From Phormidium sp. (GTDB taxonomy: Bacteria; Cyanobacteriota; Cyanobacteriia; Cyanobacteriales; Aerosakkonemataceae): DNA of 64,000 bases. Where the stretch lies: assembly GCA_051013385.1 (NCBI GenBank), contig CP143273.1, positions 1,248,001 to 1,312,000 of the forward strand, in the 5' to 3' direction. Shown here in pieces: positions 1 through 10,293 of this stretch (position 1 is the first letter of the stretch; each line of letters starts with the position of its first letter). A program made the position numbers and the translations under genes. The notes under the pieces were generated by a model. That model made no database searches. It saw only the letters and a list, made by a program, of their open reading frames with translations, and was not told the origin of the DNA.

Positions 1-1166
1 GTGTTAAAACTACCACTGATAATATTGGCAGAATTGTAGGTAACGTTGGCAGGTAAAGTGAAGGTTAATTCAACGCCACTAGCATTCACGCTGCCATTGT
101 TTTGAATGTTTAATATGTAATTAAAAGGCGTACCTACGGCTAGTATGTTAGTGTAAGAAATCCCAGGTCTTAAATCGGGTTGAGTGATTGCATCATTATC
201 TGCGATCGTCACCGTAGCCGTAGTATTTGCCCCCAAAATATAGTTAGCATTAGCAGCTAAAGTCAGCGTAACGTTTTCACTCCCTTCAACTGCGGTATCA
301 TCAACTGGTGTAATTGTAACATCAACAAAAGATTGACCAGCTGCGATCGTCGCTGTACCTGTTAAGTTGTGGTAATCTGTGCCGTTGGTCGCTGTTCCCC
401 CTACGGTGTAATTTACTGTTAGGGCGTTGGTGCTACTGCCTGTGCGGGTAATGCGGAAAGTTCCTGCGTCAAGTCCTGCTTCAGCGGCATTTGGATCGGT
501 AGCTGCGATCGTTACTGTTGGTGTAGATACAACAAATGGAGTAATGTCAGTGAATGTAAAAACAGTTGTATTGGTAGAGAAGTTAGCTGGGTTTGTCAGA
601 TTGGCAATTGACTGTGCGCCTGGATTAGATGTAAAAATGGTCTTGGCATTCACCCCATTTGGAAGGTTGGTAAATGGAACTCCTGGAGGTGGTGCGTAAG
701 TAGTCTGCGCGTCAGGAGTGCCAGTAGCGATCGGTGAAGAGGAAGCATCTAGTCCAGCAAGTATTGTGGGGGAAGGCAGAGTTCCCGTGTAAGCAAATAT
801 CTGATCGCCACTATTGTTAAATCCTCCAGTAGTTTGGCTTTCAATCCCTACAGTCAATGTTCCCACAGTAGCAGCTGAGGTAATCGATCCACCTAAACCA
901 TCATTGAATGAAATGGTACTAGTTGAACCTGAACCCCAGTTAGCGATCGCTACTACTGTACCTGCTGCAACACCTGCTGCTGGAACATTCCACTGGATTG
1001 CATATTCAGTAGTGCGGAATGCGTTAGCTGCTGCACTGTTAATCGCATTATCAGTAAATTTAATAATATCGTTACCCGGTAATGCGTTCATCACTACAAA
1101 GGCAAAACCTTCGGGAGTTCCAATACCGTTGTAGCCAATGAAAACAATATCTCCTACATTTGCCAT
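1..1166 (-). CDS. Large surface/secreted protein with Calx-beta and DUF11-like domains (runs off the window start)
   Basis: Manual translation from ATG at 1166 (GAGGA RBS): MANVGDIVFIGYNG...TVTIAATDPNAAEAGLDAGTFRITRTG...TITPVDDTAVEGSENVTLTL...TATVTIADND (Calx-beta), then FNYILNIQNNGSVNASGVELTFTLP (DUF11-like). Confidence 0.8.
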   Translation of the reverse strand, partial: MANVGDIVFIGYNGIGTPEGFAFVVMNALPGNDIIKFTDNAINSAAANAFRTTEYAIQWNVPAAGVAAGTVVAIANWGSGSTSTISFNDGLGGSITSAATVGTLTVGIESQTTGGFNNSGDQIFAYTGTLPSPTILAGLDASSSPIATGTPDAQTTYAPPPGVPFTNLPNGVNAKTIFTSNPGAQSIANLTNPANFSTNTTVFTFTDITPFVVSTPTVTIAATDPNAAEAGLDAGTFRITRTGSSTNALTVNYTVGGTATNGTDYHNLTGTATIAAGQSFVDVTITPVDDTAVEGSENVTLTLAANANYILGANTTATVTIADNDAITQPDLRPGISYTNILAVGTPFNYILNIQNNGSVNASGVELTFTLPANVTYNSANIISGSFN

Positions 1167-1707
1167 TGTTAATAATCCTCAGAAGTTGTTTGTCAGGAAT
1201 AACGAACTGAAAGTAAAAAGCTAGTAATTTATTAGTTAGCCGATCGCACTAATCCCCAACACCAAAATTAACGTTGACTTAACCAGATAAAACAGTTAGA
1301 ATACAGCACAATCAAAAAAAATAGTTTTATTTCAGTTGACAGTAAAAACATTAAATAGTTTCCTTTAAGTAAATTCATCGGGTTTTTTGCTCACAAAAAT
1401 GCACTAGTGACAAACTAACTAAGGAAGATTGCACAAAGAGTAAATATAGCTAGTTTATTACTAGTTTTTAAGAATTTATATGAATCTTTATTAACCAACA
1501 ATCTCAAAAGTAACATGAGGGTTATCGCGTCACCAGAGTAAATTTACGGAGAGAAATTTAAATTTTGTGTGAGTTAGTTATTTTAGTGAGAAAAAACAGG
1601 TATTGCTAATAAATTTGGTTCGTTGTGAGGACTTCAGTCCTTCTATTTGGCAAGGGAACGACTGTTAGCGAAGCGGCGCGTTAGCGCTAGTCGTGACAAC
1701 GGACCGA

Positions 1708-4700
1708 TCAAATTAAGGGAAAACTCGTAGGGGCGATCGGTTGGATATCGCGATCGTAACCGCCGATTTGATTAGTGCGTAATACCCAGATACTTGCCCC
1801 ATATTTGAGAAAAATTTGGGCGATCGCATCACTGGCAACACGGGGAAGAAGGGTGCGCCAACTACCTAAACCAATTAATAGGTTTTGTAATGGGTGATCT
1901 TCCAAAGTACTGCCCAAATTATACTCATTGTTTTCCCAATCAGAGCGAAGCCGACCAAAAGGTTGTAGTTCTCGTTGCAGTTCTTTCTTTAACTGTTTGA
2001 GTTGCCAGAAGCGTTGCTCTTGTTCTGGACTAACTTCAAGTAATTTTTTGACTACTTCCGGGTGGGCTTGCAAATAATCTGCTGTTTGATTGATACTAGC
2101 AAACAATGCTTGATTAGAATCTTGGGCGCAGTTGTTAGCAGGGCCAACGAAAGTTCCGCCAGTGCCATCCCCAATGCGATAACGAGCAGCCATGACTTGC
2201 AGTTGACGCAACATTTCTACTAAGGGAGAAAGTTGGAAGCCATCAATATCGTAGAAGCCTGTAAAGGAATCGAGCTTGATCAAAAGATCGCATACTGGAC
2301 GCACACCTGCCCAACCGAATTGGCGATCGCCCATGTAACGTGACCAATGCAAAGTTCCGGCAATAATACCATCTGTGTTATGAGTATAAACCTGGTGATA
2401 GCGAATATCAAATCTTAATTCATCAGTTAAAGGTTCCCGGATTACTTGGGCTACACCATAAGCAAAATGTCCAAAGAAGATCGGTGAAGCGGCGGCAGGT
2501 TCTTTCTTTTTCCCACCGATACCGCCGTAGGTGTGGATGAGCAAAGCGAGGTCGTTTTCTTGCCATTGTGCGATCGCTTCTGTAATTCCCTGCTTACCCG
2601 GACTGAGCAATACTGTAGTAATTCTACCCTTGTTTGCCGCTGGATTTGCCCAAGCATCTTTGCGGATATATTGTTCCCCTTGTTTGCGACCAAAAATCAC
2701 CTTTTGCGGTTGCAGTTGCAATAAAGCACGGGGAGCAATAGACTGCACGACAAAAGTTCCCGACGCATCTTTGGCACCGTAAATATACCAACCTTGTTCG
2801 TTGAGCGAAACCTTCTCAATACTGCCAGTAGTGGAAGAAAAACAACCATGAACATTTGCCTTTACCTCTGGCATTCTGACAGTTTCGGCAATACCATCAA
2901 ACTTTCGCGTGGCTTTATTGAAATGCCAAACGCGGAATTTATCTGTACCCGGAATCGGTTTGATAAATTTTACCAGTGCATAGTAACGCCCTGTAATTTG
3001 TACTGGTGTAGTAGAGATGTAAAGGGAAGTGGTGAAGTTCTTAGCTTCGTTTTTTGGGTTTTCTTGCTCCTCTGCCCCTCTGCTCCTCTGCCCCTCTGCC
3101 CCTCTGCTCCTCTGCCCCTCTGCCCCTCTGCTCCTCTGCCCCTCTGCCCCTCTGCTCCTCTGCCCCTCTGCCCCTCTGCCCCTCTGCCCCTCTGCCCCTC
3201 TGCTCCTCTGCCCCTCTGCCCCTCTGCCCCTCTGCTCCTCTGCTCCTCTGCTCCTCTGCCCCTCTGCTCCTCTGCCCCTCTGCTCCTGTGTTCCTGTGCT
3301 CCCGATCTCTTCTACCATTACTACATCATGCAACATGACAATAACATCATCTGTGGGACGGGAGCCAGCTAAGGATTCTAAAGGGTCTACTTGCTGCCAG
3401 TGGTTTAAGCGATCGGGATGAATTACCCCAGCATATTTGCTGCTATACTCAGCATCGACGCTAAAGTGAACATCTCTGGTGACTGCGGCGACTAGCTTTT
3501 GCACAAAGGGGTGATTGCTCCAGCGCAAGTTTACCACCTGTCCGACTAAGTGCTGATAATTATCCGGCGCGTGATAGATTTCCAGCAATGCTCCCCGGAC
3601 TTGTTGCCTTTGTTCTGGTTTGGGTAAAATCAAGCGGCCCATCCAATCACCAATGGGGCGATATAGGGTGGGGTCTACAGTTTGATTAACGGGATAATAA
3701 GCGGGATCGTTAAAGGCTGCTGCTTGATAAAGTGCGTAGTTGCTAGTTTTTCTCTTGGTTGGGTAAGTTGCCATCAATGCCTTTCCTTCGAGAATTTGCC
3801 AAATTACTTCGATCGTCTGCTGTAAATAACTGCGTCCATCAGGTAAAAATGCTTTCGGGTCCATCATTCCGCCCGGAACTTGATGTCCCACAAGCCCTAG
3901 AGAAATGATACTAATTTTCCCTTTGCGTTTGGCGCGGTTCCAGTAAGATAAGAAGAACAACTTCCAACGACCAGGAAAGATAATTGGCCCAATGCGTTCT
4001 ATGGAGTCCTTTTCTCCAACTAAATGGTAGAGGTGTTCTAATTTCAGGAAGTTGTTGTTGGCACTCATTACCCCACCTAACGAGATGACATCGATCGATG
4101 CGCCCATTGCCCGTTTCAAATATGGCGCAGCAGCAACGGACATTTGCCCACCGCCACTATAACCAATCAGCGTAATCGGTACACCACTCCCAGGTTGATA
4201 ACCTTGTGCAATTAGCCCGTTGTAAAGTACTTGTGCAATGCCTTGATTGTAGATTGGGCCGTAACGTTGATCTGCGGAAACTGCCACAATAAAAACATTT
4301 CGCAGGTTGAGTATTACTCCTAATAATGCAGTTGGGTTAGTCCAACGCATTTTATCTGCCAGTCGCCACAAAAATGCTAAAGGTCGGTCTTCATCCAAGG
4401 GTTTATTGAGTACCGAGTACATCATTAACCCCTGGATCAGTTTTATGTTCTGGGGTAAAACCGCTTTGAAAGCAGTGAGAAAGTCTTCTACATCAGGGGT
4501 GTACTCTTCGCCAGATTGCCCAATGCCATCGAGGTAAACTATGTAACGGGAGAGTTTTTGGGGGCTGGGTACTAGGGACTGGGGACTAGGGACTGGGGAA
4601 GTCCGCGATCCAGTATTTAAATCATCGCCGTACCAACCTGCCCACCAGCCAAGGGTTTCTAGGGGTGCGAGTAAGCCAGCGAAGACGATCGCCACTACAC

Positions 4701-5718
4701 CAATCCAAACTAAATTAAAAATTAAGCGAAAAAATCTCGGTAGTTCATCATACCAGCCAAATAATAGATCGCGAATTGGGCGCATCAAGTCGGCTACGAG
4801 AATAAAAATGATTACCATTGCTAGCAAACCCAGAACCCACTTGATAACTTCGGAAATGCTGCGGCTACTCTGTTCTATCTGAACAATGGGATCGGAAGTG
4901 CCATTGCTTTGAGACGTTGCGTGCAACGTCTCTACAGGTTTAATTTCTGTTTTTGGTTGGTTGGCTAATTTTTGGGCGACTGCTTGGGCGGCATCAGTTG
5001 CCGATCGCCCGGATGCCTCGATCAAGTCTCTAACTTCTGGTAATGTGGTTTGAGTGGCGGTAATTATGGGTGAAGAAGTTTGGGCGATGCCGGAACTGAC
5101 TATTTCCCGGAGTTCTTCATCTTTGGTGATTAACTTCACTCCGGCAACTTTATCGGCGAGTTTTTTCCCAAGTTTGGCGATCGGTTGTCCAATGGTACTT
5201 TCTAATAATTGCAGAACTACCCAGCCAAATGCTACATAACCTAGTGCGATCGTCTCACTCACACCTGTAACAGTACTAAAACCCACAACCATTGCCAGCA
5301 AGCGCCATACCGATAGTAAATTCAAAATCGGCACCCCGACATAGGGTAACGCCCCCAAAAAGCTGAACAACAAAGGTGCGTAACTTAGCCCCAACACTTT
5401 CATCAGTTGCAAAAAGGGAGCTTTTACCGACCAAGGTAACAGACAAATCAACCAGGTACTAAATACTAAAAATATAAAGCCAAAAGTATAGAGAATTGCA
5501 TTCAGCAACAAGCTAAAAACGAAACGGGCTGGCTTGATGCGGTTAATGAATAAGATAATAATTTGTCCCACACTCAAAGATAAACCAGCTAATACCACCA
5601 CCAGCAATGCTAGCGGCATTCCATCGGGTAGATTAACAATAGTTTCAAATGCTTCGGAATTAAAACTAAATACCTCACCGATTAATTCCCAGAACTTAGA
5701 TGAAGCCGTTGTACTCAT
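1708..5718 (-). CDS. Multidomain membrane protein: N-terminal TM region, alpha/beta-hydrolase-like domain and C-terminal cyanobacterial 'CAAX protease/Abi-associated' domain, with in-frame repeat insertions
   Basis: 1336-aa ORF; multiple TM helices, YLDGIG and GYSGG motifs, C-terminal GHFAYG...NNCAQDS. Confidence 0.7.
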   Translation of the reverse strand: MSTTASSKFWELIGEVFSFNSEAFETIVNLPDGMPLALLVVVLAGLSLSVGQIIILFINRIKPARFVFSLLLNAILYTFGFIFLVFSTWLICLLPWSVKAPFLQLMKVLGLSYAPLLFSFLGALPYVGVPILNLLSVWRLLAMVVGFSTVTGVSETIALGYVAFGWVVLQLLESTIGQPIAKLGKKLADKVAGVKLITKDEELREIVSSGIAQTSSPIITATQTTLPEVRDLIEASGRSATDAAQAVAQKLANQPKTEIKPVETLHATSQSNGTSDPIVQIEQSSRSISEVIKWVLGLLAMVIIFILVADLMRPIRDLLFGWYDELPRFFRLIFNLVWIGVVAIVFAGLLAPLETLGWWAGWYGDDLNTGSRTSPVPSPQSLVPSPQKLSRYIVYLDGIGQSGEEYTPDVEDFLTAFKAVLPQNIKLIQGLMMYSVLNKPLDEDRPLAFLWRLADKMRWTNPTALLGVILNLRNVFIVAVSADQRYGPIYNQGIAQVLYNGLIAQGYQPGSGVPITLIGYSGGGQMSVAAAPYLKRAMGASIDVISLGGVMSANNNFLKLEHLYHLVGEKDSIERIGPIIFPGRWKLFFLSYWNRAKRKGKISIISLGLVGHQVPGGMMDPKAFLPDGRSYLQQTIEVIWQILEGKALMATYPTKRKTSNYALYQAAAFNDPAYYPVNQTVDPTLYRPIGDWMGRLILPKPEQRQQVRGALLEIYHAPDNYQHLVGQVVNLRWSNHPFVQKLVAAVTRDVHFSVDAEYSSKYAGVIHPDRLNHWQQVDPLESLAGSRPTDDVIVMLHDVVMVEEIGSTGTQEQRGRGAEGQRSRGAEEQRGRGAEGQRSRGAEGQRGRGAEGQRSRGAEGQRSRGAEGQRSRGAEGQRSRGAEEQENPKNEAKNFTTSLYISTTPVQITGRYYALVKFIKPIPGTDKFRVWHFNKATRKFDGIAETVRMPEVKANVHGCFSSTTGSIEKVSLNEQGWYIYGAKDASGTFVVQSIAPRALLQLQPQKVIFGRKQGEQYIRKDAWANPAANKGRITTVLLSPGKQGITEAIAQWQENDLALLIHTYGGIGGKKKEPAAASPIFFGHFAYGVAQVIREPLTDELRFDIRYHQVYTHNTDGIIAGTLHWSRYMGDRQFGWAGVRPVCDLLIKLDSFTGFYDIDGFQLSPLVEMLRQLQVMAARYRIGDGTGGTFVGPANNCAQDSNQALFASINQTADYLQAHPEVVKKLLEVSPEQEQRFWQLKQLKKELQRELQPFGRLRSDWENNEYNLGSTLEDHPLQNLLIGLGSWRTLLPRVASDAIAQIFLKYGASIWVLRTNQIGGYDRDIQPIAPTSFPLI
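3066..3300. repeat. 8-bp tandem repeat (CCCTCTGC/TCCTCTGC), roughly 29 units, in frame in the CDS
   Basis: Directly visible; encodes (QRSRGAEG)n. Confidence 0.95.
4561..4598. repeat. STRR-like heptamer repeat (GGGGACT/AGGGACT), in frame
   Basis: ggggctgggtactagggactggggactagggactgggg; encodes PVPSPQSLVPSP. Confidence 0.8.
4911..4936. repeat. GTAGAGACG-type palindromic REP-like element in frame in the CDS
   Basis: gagacgttgcgtgcaacgtctctaca; same family at 18865, 24856 and 42482. Confidence 0.85.
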
Positions 5719-5917
5719 GGCAGTGTTCCCCTAACAGAACAAGTTGAAAGATTAAAATATAATGCTCAATGTACAACCCTATCCTGGTTGTACCGCAAGT
5801 AACACAAAAATTATTGCTTAAAATAAAATAATATAAGCGAAATTGTCATAAAAATGAATTTTTCGGCTCTCTCGTACTTGTGGTGGCACTGGGGACTGGG
5901 ATTCCTTGATAATCATA

Positions 5918-5992
5918 AAAAAACCCGGTTTCTTGAAGAAACCGGGTTTTTAGCTAAAAAACCCCAATTTCTTGAAGAAACCGGGTTTTTAG
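5918..5992. repeat. Two copies of the AAACCCGGTTTCT-TGA-AGAAACCGGGTTT palindrome
   Basis: Also at ~7296-7328 and ~61229-61261, with half copies at 11112-11250. Confidence 0.9.
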
Positions 5993-6135
5993 CCGAGATT
6001 TTTCCTAAAGAAACCCAGCTTTTCAAGTTCTCTCAAAACTCCAAACTTTTCCCTATAGGCTCTCTTAAGATAGATGCCAAACCGAAATAAAGCCAAGATA
6101 ATTTGCGATAATAGCCAAAAATAGGAGCCATAATT

Positions 6136-7206
6136 GTGCGTTTCGGGCAATGGTTAGGAGTATTTGCCTTTATTATCTCTGTTTATATATTGTGGCAAAT
6201 TAACCAAATTGTATTGTTGGTATTTGCTGCGGTAGTTTTGGCAACAGTTTTAAATAGAGTAGTGGGATTACTTCAGCGAACTCGGATGAAACGAGGTATT
6301 GCTGTTGCTCTAACAATTATACTTTTACTATTATTTATAGTTAGTTTTTTGGCGCTGATATTTCCGCCAATTATCGATCAAGTACGAAAATTAGTTGATT
6401 TGTTACCGCAGTCATTACAAAGGTTACGTCTCTGGTTTGACTGGGTACAAACAGTGGTTCCTCAACAATTAGTTGATAATATTCGTAGCTTAGAAGGTTT
6501 TACGCAAAATTTACAAGCTTGGGCAAGTCGGCTGTTTGGTAACTTTTTTGCTTTCTTCAATAATTCCTTGGGTATTGTCTTAAATTTTCTGCTCTTTTTA
6601 GTAGTAAGTATCATGTTTTTGGTAGATCCTGCGCCATACCGCCGAGTTTTTGTTTTTGCGTTTCCGGCATTTTATCGGCGGCGAGTTGATGAGATTCTTT
6701 CGGAGTGCGAAAGCTCTTTGGTAGGCTGGATTAAAGGCACTTTATTTAATATGTTAGTTATTGCTGTAATTAGTTATATTGGGCTGTTAATTTTACGGGT
6801 GCCATTGCCCTTAGTTAATGCGTTGTTGGCAGGTCTGTTAGAGTTTATTCCTAATGTAGGCCCGACTTTAAGTGTAATTCCACCTGTATTATTGGCTTTT
6901 CTCGATGCACCTTGGAAAGCTGTGGCAGTGATTATTTTGTACTTAATAATTCAGCAACTTGAAAGCTTGGTTTTGGTGCCAATGGTGATGAAGCAGCAGG
7001 TGTCTTTGTTACCAGTATTTACTATTTTATCGGTGGTGGTTTTTTCCGGCTTTTTCGGATTTTTAGGTTTGTTTTTAGCAATTCCCTTATTAATTGTGGT
7101 GCAAATTTGGTTAAGGGAAGCTTTGGTTAAGGATATCCTTAATCAATGGCAATCTAAAGAACAGGAAAAAGAACAAGAAGATAAAAAACAGGAGCTAATT
7201 TCCTAA
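6136..7206 (+). CDS. AI-2E family transporter
   Basis: Hydrophobic 356 aa; LEFIPNVGP, IQQLES, GFLGLFLAIP motifs. Confidence 0.9.
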   Translation: MRFGQWLGVFAFIISVYILWQINQIVLLVFAAVVLATVLNRVVGLLQRTRMKRGIAVALTIILLLLFIVSFLALIFPPIIDQVRKLVDLLPQSLQRLRLWFDWVQTVVPQQLVDNIRSLEGFTQNLQAWASRLFGNFFAFFNNSLGIVLNFLLFLVVSIMFLVDPAPYRRVFVFAFPAFYRRRVDEILSECESSLVGWIKGTLFNMLVIAVISYIGLLILRVPLPLVNALLAGLLEFIPNVGPTLSVIPPVLLAFLDAPWKAVAVIILYLIIQQLESLVLVPMVMKQQVSLLPVFTILSVVVFSGFFGFLGLFLAIPLLIVVQIWLREALVKDILNQWQSKEQEKEQEDKKQELIS

Positions 7207-7295
7207 GCGGTAACAAGTGAAATCTGTATTAATGAGGTGGATAAAAGGAAAAGGGGAAAGGAATAATCCCACCGTTTACTTCTTTAGTTAAGCTA

Positions 7296-7329
7296 AAAAC
7301 CCGGTTTCTTCAAGAAACCGGGTTTTTTT
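7296..7329. terminator. Palindromic repeat with T/A tails between convergent genes; probable bidirectional terminator
   Basis: aaaaacccggtttcttcaagaaaccgggttttttt. Confidence 0.6.
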
Positions 7330-7330
7330 A

Positions 7331-8620
7331 TCATTGTTGTGCTGTTAGGCGAGAAGCGGGGGAATTAAACAGAGCTTTAAAGTTAGATTTTCGTTCGGCG
7401 CTAGGTTCTGGTGCATAGTCCCACAGGCTTTCGTAGAAGAAGAAAGTTACACCTAAACCCCGATCGCGTGCTGCTTGTACTTTAGACTTAATTAGTGGCA
7501 TTGGTACTGGGCGATTTCTTAAACCTGTGAGAACACCGACTGCGGTAGGAATTTTTTGTTGCGCTACTTGAATTTCCGATCGCCCAATTTGATCGAGAAA
7601 ACTATTTATATCAGGTCGATAAACTTGCACAATTAATTCATCAACAATGTTTTGTTCTACCCAAGTTACCCAATCTTGCAAAAAACTATTGTACGCGGTG
7701 ATGTAAGGGTTAGGTGAAACAGAAAAAATTGCTTGGGGTTTTCTCTGTTTTACTGCGTGATTAAGTTGAGTCATGAAAGCAGTAATTTTATCTGCACGCC
7801 AACGCACCCAAGCGGGATCTTGAGGATTTCTTGGTGCATCTTTGCCCGTTTCTTGTTTGTATAAGGCTAGGGTGTAGCGATCGTACCCGAACTCATTCGG
7901 TAAACAGGTGTGATCGTCAAATTGCACCCCATCAATATTATATCGATCGACAACTTCCAACACTAAATCAGTCATAAATTGCTGCACTTCGGGAAGGAAA
8001 GGATTTAACCAAACTACTTCCCCAGCTGCACTATTTGATGTTTGACTACCGTCCTGTTTTTGTGTTAGCCAATGGGGATGATTTAACACTAATTCGGAAC
8101 TTTGCGGAGCCATGAAACCAAACTCAAACCAGGGAATTACTAGTAATCCTTTGCTATGAGCTAATTTGATTAATTCTGCCAGGATGTCTTGTCCCTGTGA
8201 ACCTCTGCCGATATAGGATTGATAAATACCTGTTCGTTGCGCTAATGCACTGTTGGGATACTGCACATAACCCGAATTCCACACTACTGGATAAATAGTA
8301 TTGAAATTCAGTTGTGCTAATTGATTCACCGCATTTTGCAGTTTGGCGCTATCCATCAGCACATCAGTGTCATTGTTCGTCATCCAAACGCCGCGAATTT
8401 CCGGCGCTGGTGGCTGTGCAACTGGTGGCGCAATCTGTTCTTGGGGAATGAAAGTTATTTGGGCAAATGCTTTGATGGGTTGACCAATTAGCAAAACTGT
8501 GATTAGTGATGCTATAACGAGTAAGCCAAAGTAGTTAGGCGATCGCCGCCATCCTTTGCGGATAAACGCTGATTTTTTTGACTTTAATCGTGAGTGTGCT
8601 ATCAAAGCTTGTAGTTGCAT
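7331..8620 (-). CDS. Glycoside hydrolase family 10-like (GHL10/YddW-type) protein
   Basis: EIRGVW, NFNTIYP, IPWFEFG, LNPFLPEVQQF, DGVQFDD motifs. Confidence 0.88.
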   Translation of the reverse strand: MQLQALIAHSRLKSKKSAFIRKGWRRSPNYFGLLVIASLITVLLIGQPIKAFAQITFIPQEQIAPPVAQPPAPEIRGVWMTNNDTDVLMDSAKLQNAVNQLAQLNFNTIYPVVWNSGYVQYPNSALAQRTGIYQSYIGRGSQGQDILAELIKLAHSKGLLVIPWFEFGFMAPQSSELVLNHPHWLTQKQDGSQTSNSAAGEVVWLNPFLPEVQQFMTDLVLEVVDRYNIDGVQFDDHTCLPNEFGYDRYTLALYKQETGKDAPRNPQDPAWVRWRADKITAFMTQLNHAVKQRKPQAIFSVSPNPYITAYNSFLQDWVTWVEQNIVDELIVQVYRPDINSFLDQIGRSEIQVAQQKIPTAVGVLTGLRNRPVPMPLIKSKVQAARDRGLGVTFFFYESLWDYAPEPSAERKSNFKALFNSPASRLTAQQ

Positions 8621-8820
8621 ACCGTCTTAATAAATCTTTAAGATTAACATTATACAGGTATTTTTGCTCAGTCCGTAAATTTTGGCTTGTGGGCAAAAGA
8701 ACTTGATTTAATTTCATCTACATATAATTTATTCAGGATTACGGATTTTAAATACCTCAGAGATGTTCTTTCTTATGGAAGTCGAAATTTGGCGAAAGCA
8801 TCGCTAACGTGAGCATATTT

Positions 8821-8853
8821 AGATCCCCGACTTCTTGAAGAAGTCGGGGATCT
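8821..8853. repeat. CCCCGACTTCT palindrome family
   Basis: agatccccgacttcttgaagaagtcggggatct; second copy ~9501-9535. Confidence 0.85.
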
Positions 8854-8879
8854 GAGCACAGAAAGATAGGAAAATTTCC

Positions 8880-9497
8880 ATGCAAACTCATGTACAAGAA
8901 GCCATAACGGATCTCAAACTGAAGAGAATTGCTAATGTTTTACACTGGACAGGTTGGGCAGCTTTTTGGGTACAGTTAATTTTGCTTGCTGTTACTTCCC
9001 TGATGTTAATTTTGGCAATTTCTGGTCGCACTTTCAATCGCGCCATAGAAACCACCGCGCCGGGAGGACAAGTAGTTAATTCCAATCAAGGTACAACACC
9101 CGGACTTGGAATTAGTATGTTTTGGGCGGGATGCGGAATTTTAGCCTTATTATTTGGTCTTTTTATTGCTTTCCGTCTAACTCGTTTAGCGAGGAGATTA
9201 TTCAACTCAAACGTGGTAAATCATCCGCAAAAATCAGAGGTTTTACGAATTCTACGTTGGGGTGTAATTGCAGGTTTGGTGGGAATGTTGTTAACTATTT
9301 TAGGCGGTGGTGTAGCGATCGGAGTATTATTATCCAAATCTATTACTCAACCTCAAGGTGTAGCAATTTACGACCCCAACAGAATTATTCGGTCGTTAGA
9401 TATTTTCGTAGCAGCAGCAAACATGAATGGAATTACGGCTCACTTTGTCGGAACTGTAACTTCTTTGGGTTTAATTAATTGGTTAAGTCGTGAATAA
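8880..9497 (+). CDS. DUF3611 family (Tic21/PIC1-like) membrane protein
   Basis: GWAAFWVQL, IRSLDIFV...ITAHFVG motifs. Confidence 0.8.
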   Translation: MQTHVQEAITDLKLKRIANVLHWTGWAAFWVQLILLAVTSLMLILAISGRTFNRAIETTAPGGQVVNSNQGTTPGLGISMFWAGCGILALLFGLFIAFRLTRLARRLFNSNVVNHPQKSEVLRILRWGVIAGLVGMLLTILGGGVAIGVLLSKSITQPQGVAIYDPNRIIRSLDIFVAAANMNGITAHFVGTVTSLGLINWLSRE

Positions 9498-9546
9498 TCG
9501 CAGAACCCCGACTTTTTTAAAAAGTCGGGGTTCTGGATACCAAAAA

Positions 9547-10275
9547 TTAACCTAATCCCATTCCTTCAGTTTCAGTGACTAATATTTTACCTTCTCCCTC
9601 ATAAACCCAGACAAAACCTTCTCCGCCACCTCTACCAAAATGACCTAATTTGCGATAATCTTCCGCAATTCCTTTAGTGAAACCTTTCACCATATCAAAA
9701 TCAGCGATTAAGATTTCACCTCTGTTTAATTCCACCACTTTCGCAGGTGAAACTGTTCCCAATACAGCTTTTGCTGTTTGATTGGGTAAAGCTTTAACGG
9801 CAATTCTCCATCTACCATCGCTGGAACCACCCATTTGTCGATACTTCAATCTTTTAGCCCCAATTACTACATTATTGGAACAAAATTGAAATACGCCATC
9901 ATCAAATTCCCATTGTTCTTGGTCTGATATTGCGATCGGTGTATAATGCAAAAAATTACCTTTTTGTCTGGGTTCTAAATGCACAGTACCAGTCCCTCTA
10001 TAAACCGGGGCGTTATATTCAATTTCTGTGGTCAAAGCTACCCAAATATCTCTTAAGCGATTATCAGTTTTGTAAATTTCATAAGATAATTTACCCATAC
10101 ATCTGTGTAAACTACCTTTTTGAATTATTACTCCCGAATTTTCCAGATGTATTTCAACTTGCTGAACAAAGGGAATAGTTCTCGTCGGATGGTAGTATTT
10201 GTTAGTTTCTTTGTTGATGTTATTTTGCAGATACCACAAATCTGTCGGTTCTAAAACTTTAACTACATATTCCAT
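9547..10275 (-). CDS. AIM24-family-like protein
   Basis: Y-GTGTVHLEP and GGGEGFVWVYEGEGKILV motifs. Confidence 0.65.
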   Translation of the reverse strand: MEYVVKVLEPTDLWYLQNNINKETNKYYHPTRTIPFVQQVEIHLENSGVIIQKGSLHRCMGKLSYEIYKTDNRLRDIWVALTTEIEYNAPVYRGTGTVHLEPRQKGNFLHYTPIAISDQEQWEFDDGVFQFCSNNVVIGAKRLKYRQMGGSSDGRWRIAVKALPNQTAKAVLGTVSPAKVVELNRGEILIADFDMVKGFTKGIAEDYRKLGHFGRGGGEGFVWVYEGEGKILVTETEGMGLG

Positions 10276-10293
10276 ATCATCAATTACACTTTT

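Noticed and set aside
427..1134. Two plus-strand ORFs
   Set aside because: Antisense to the Calx-beta gene, which the ORF track missed because it runs off the window edge
2794..3421. Three plus-strand ORFs with (PLCPSAPL)n
   Set aside because: Antisense read-through of the stop-free 8-bp tandem repeat inside the minus-strand gene
5854..6090. 78-aa ORF, and similar ORFs at 26439, 26672, 31724, 59237 and 61216
   Set aside because: Made up largely of palindromic repeats or MITE sequence; no protein-family features
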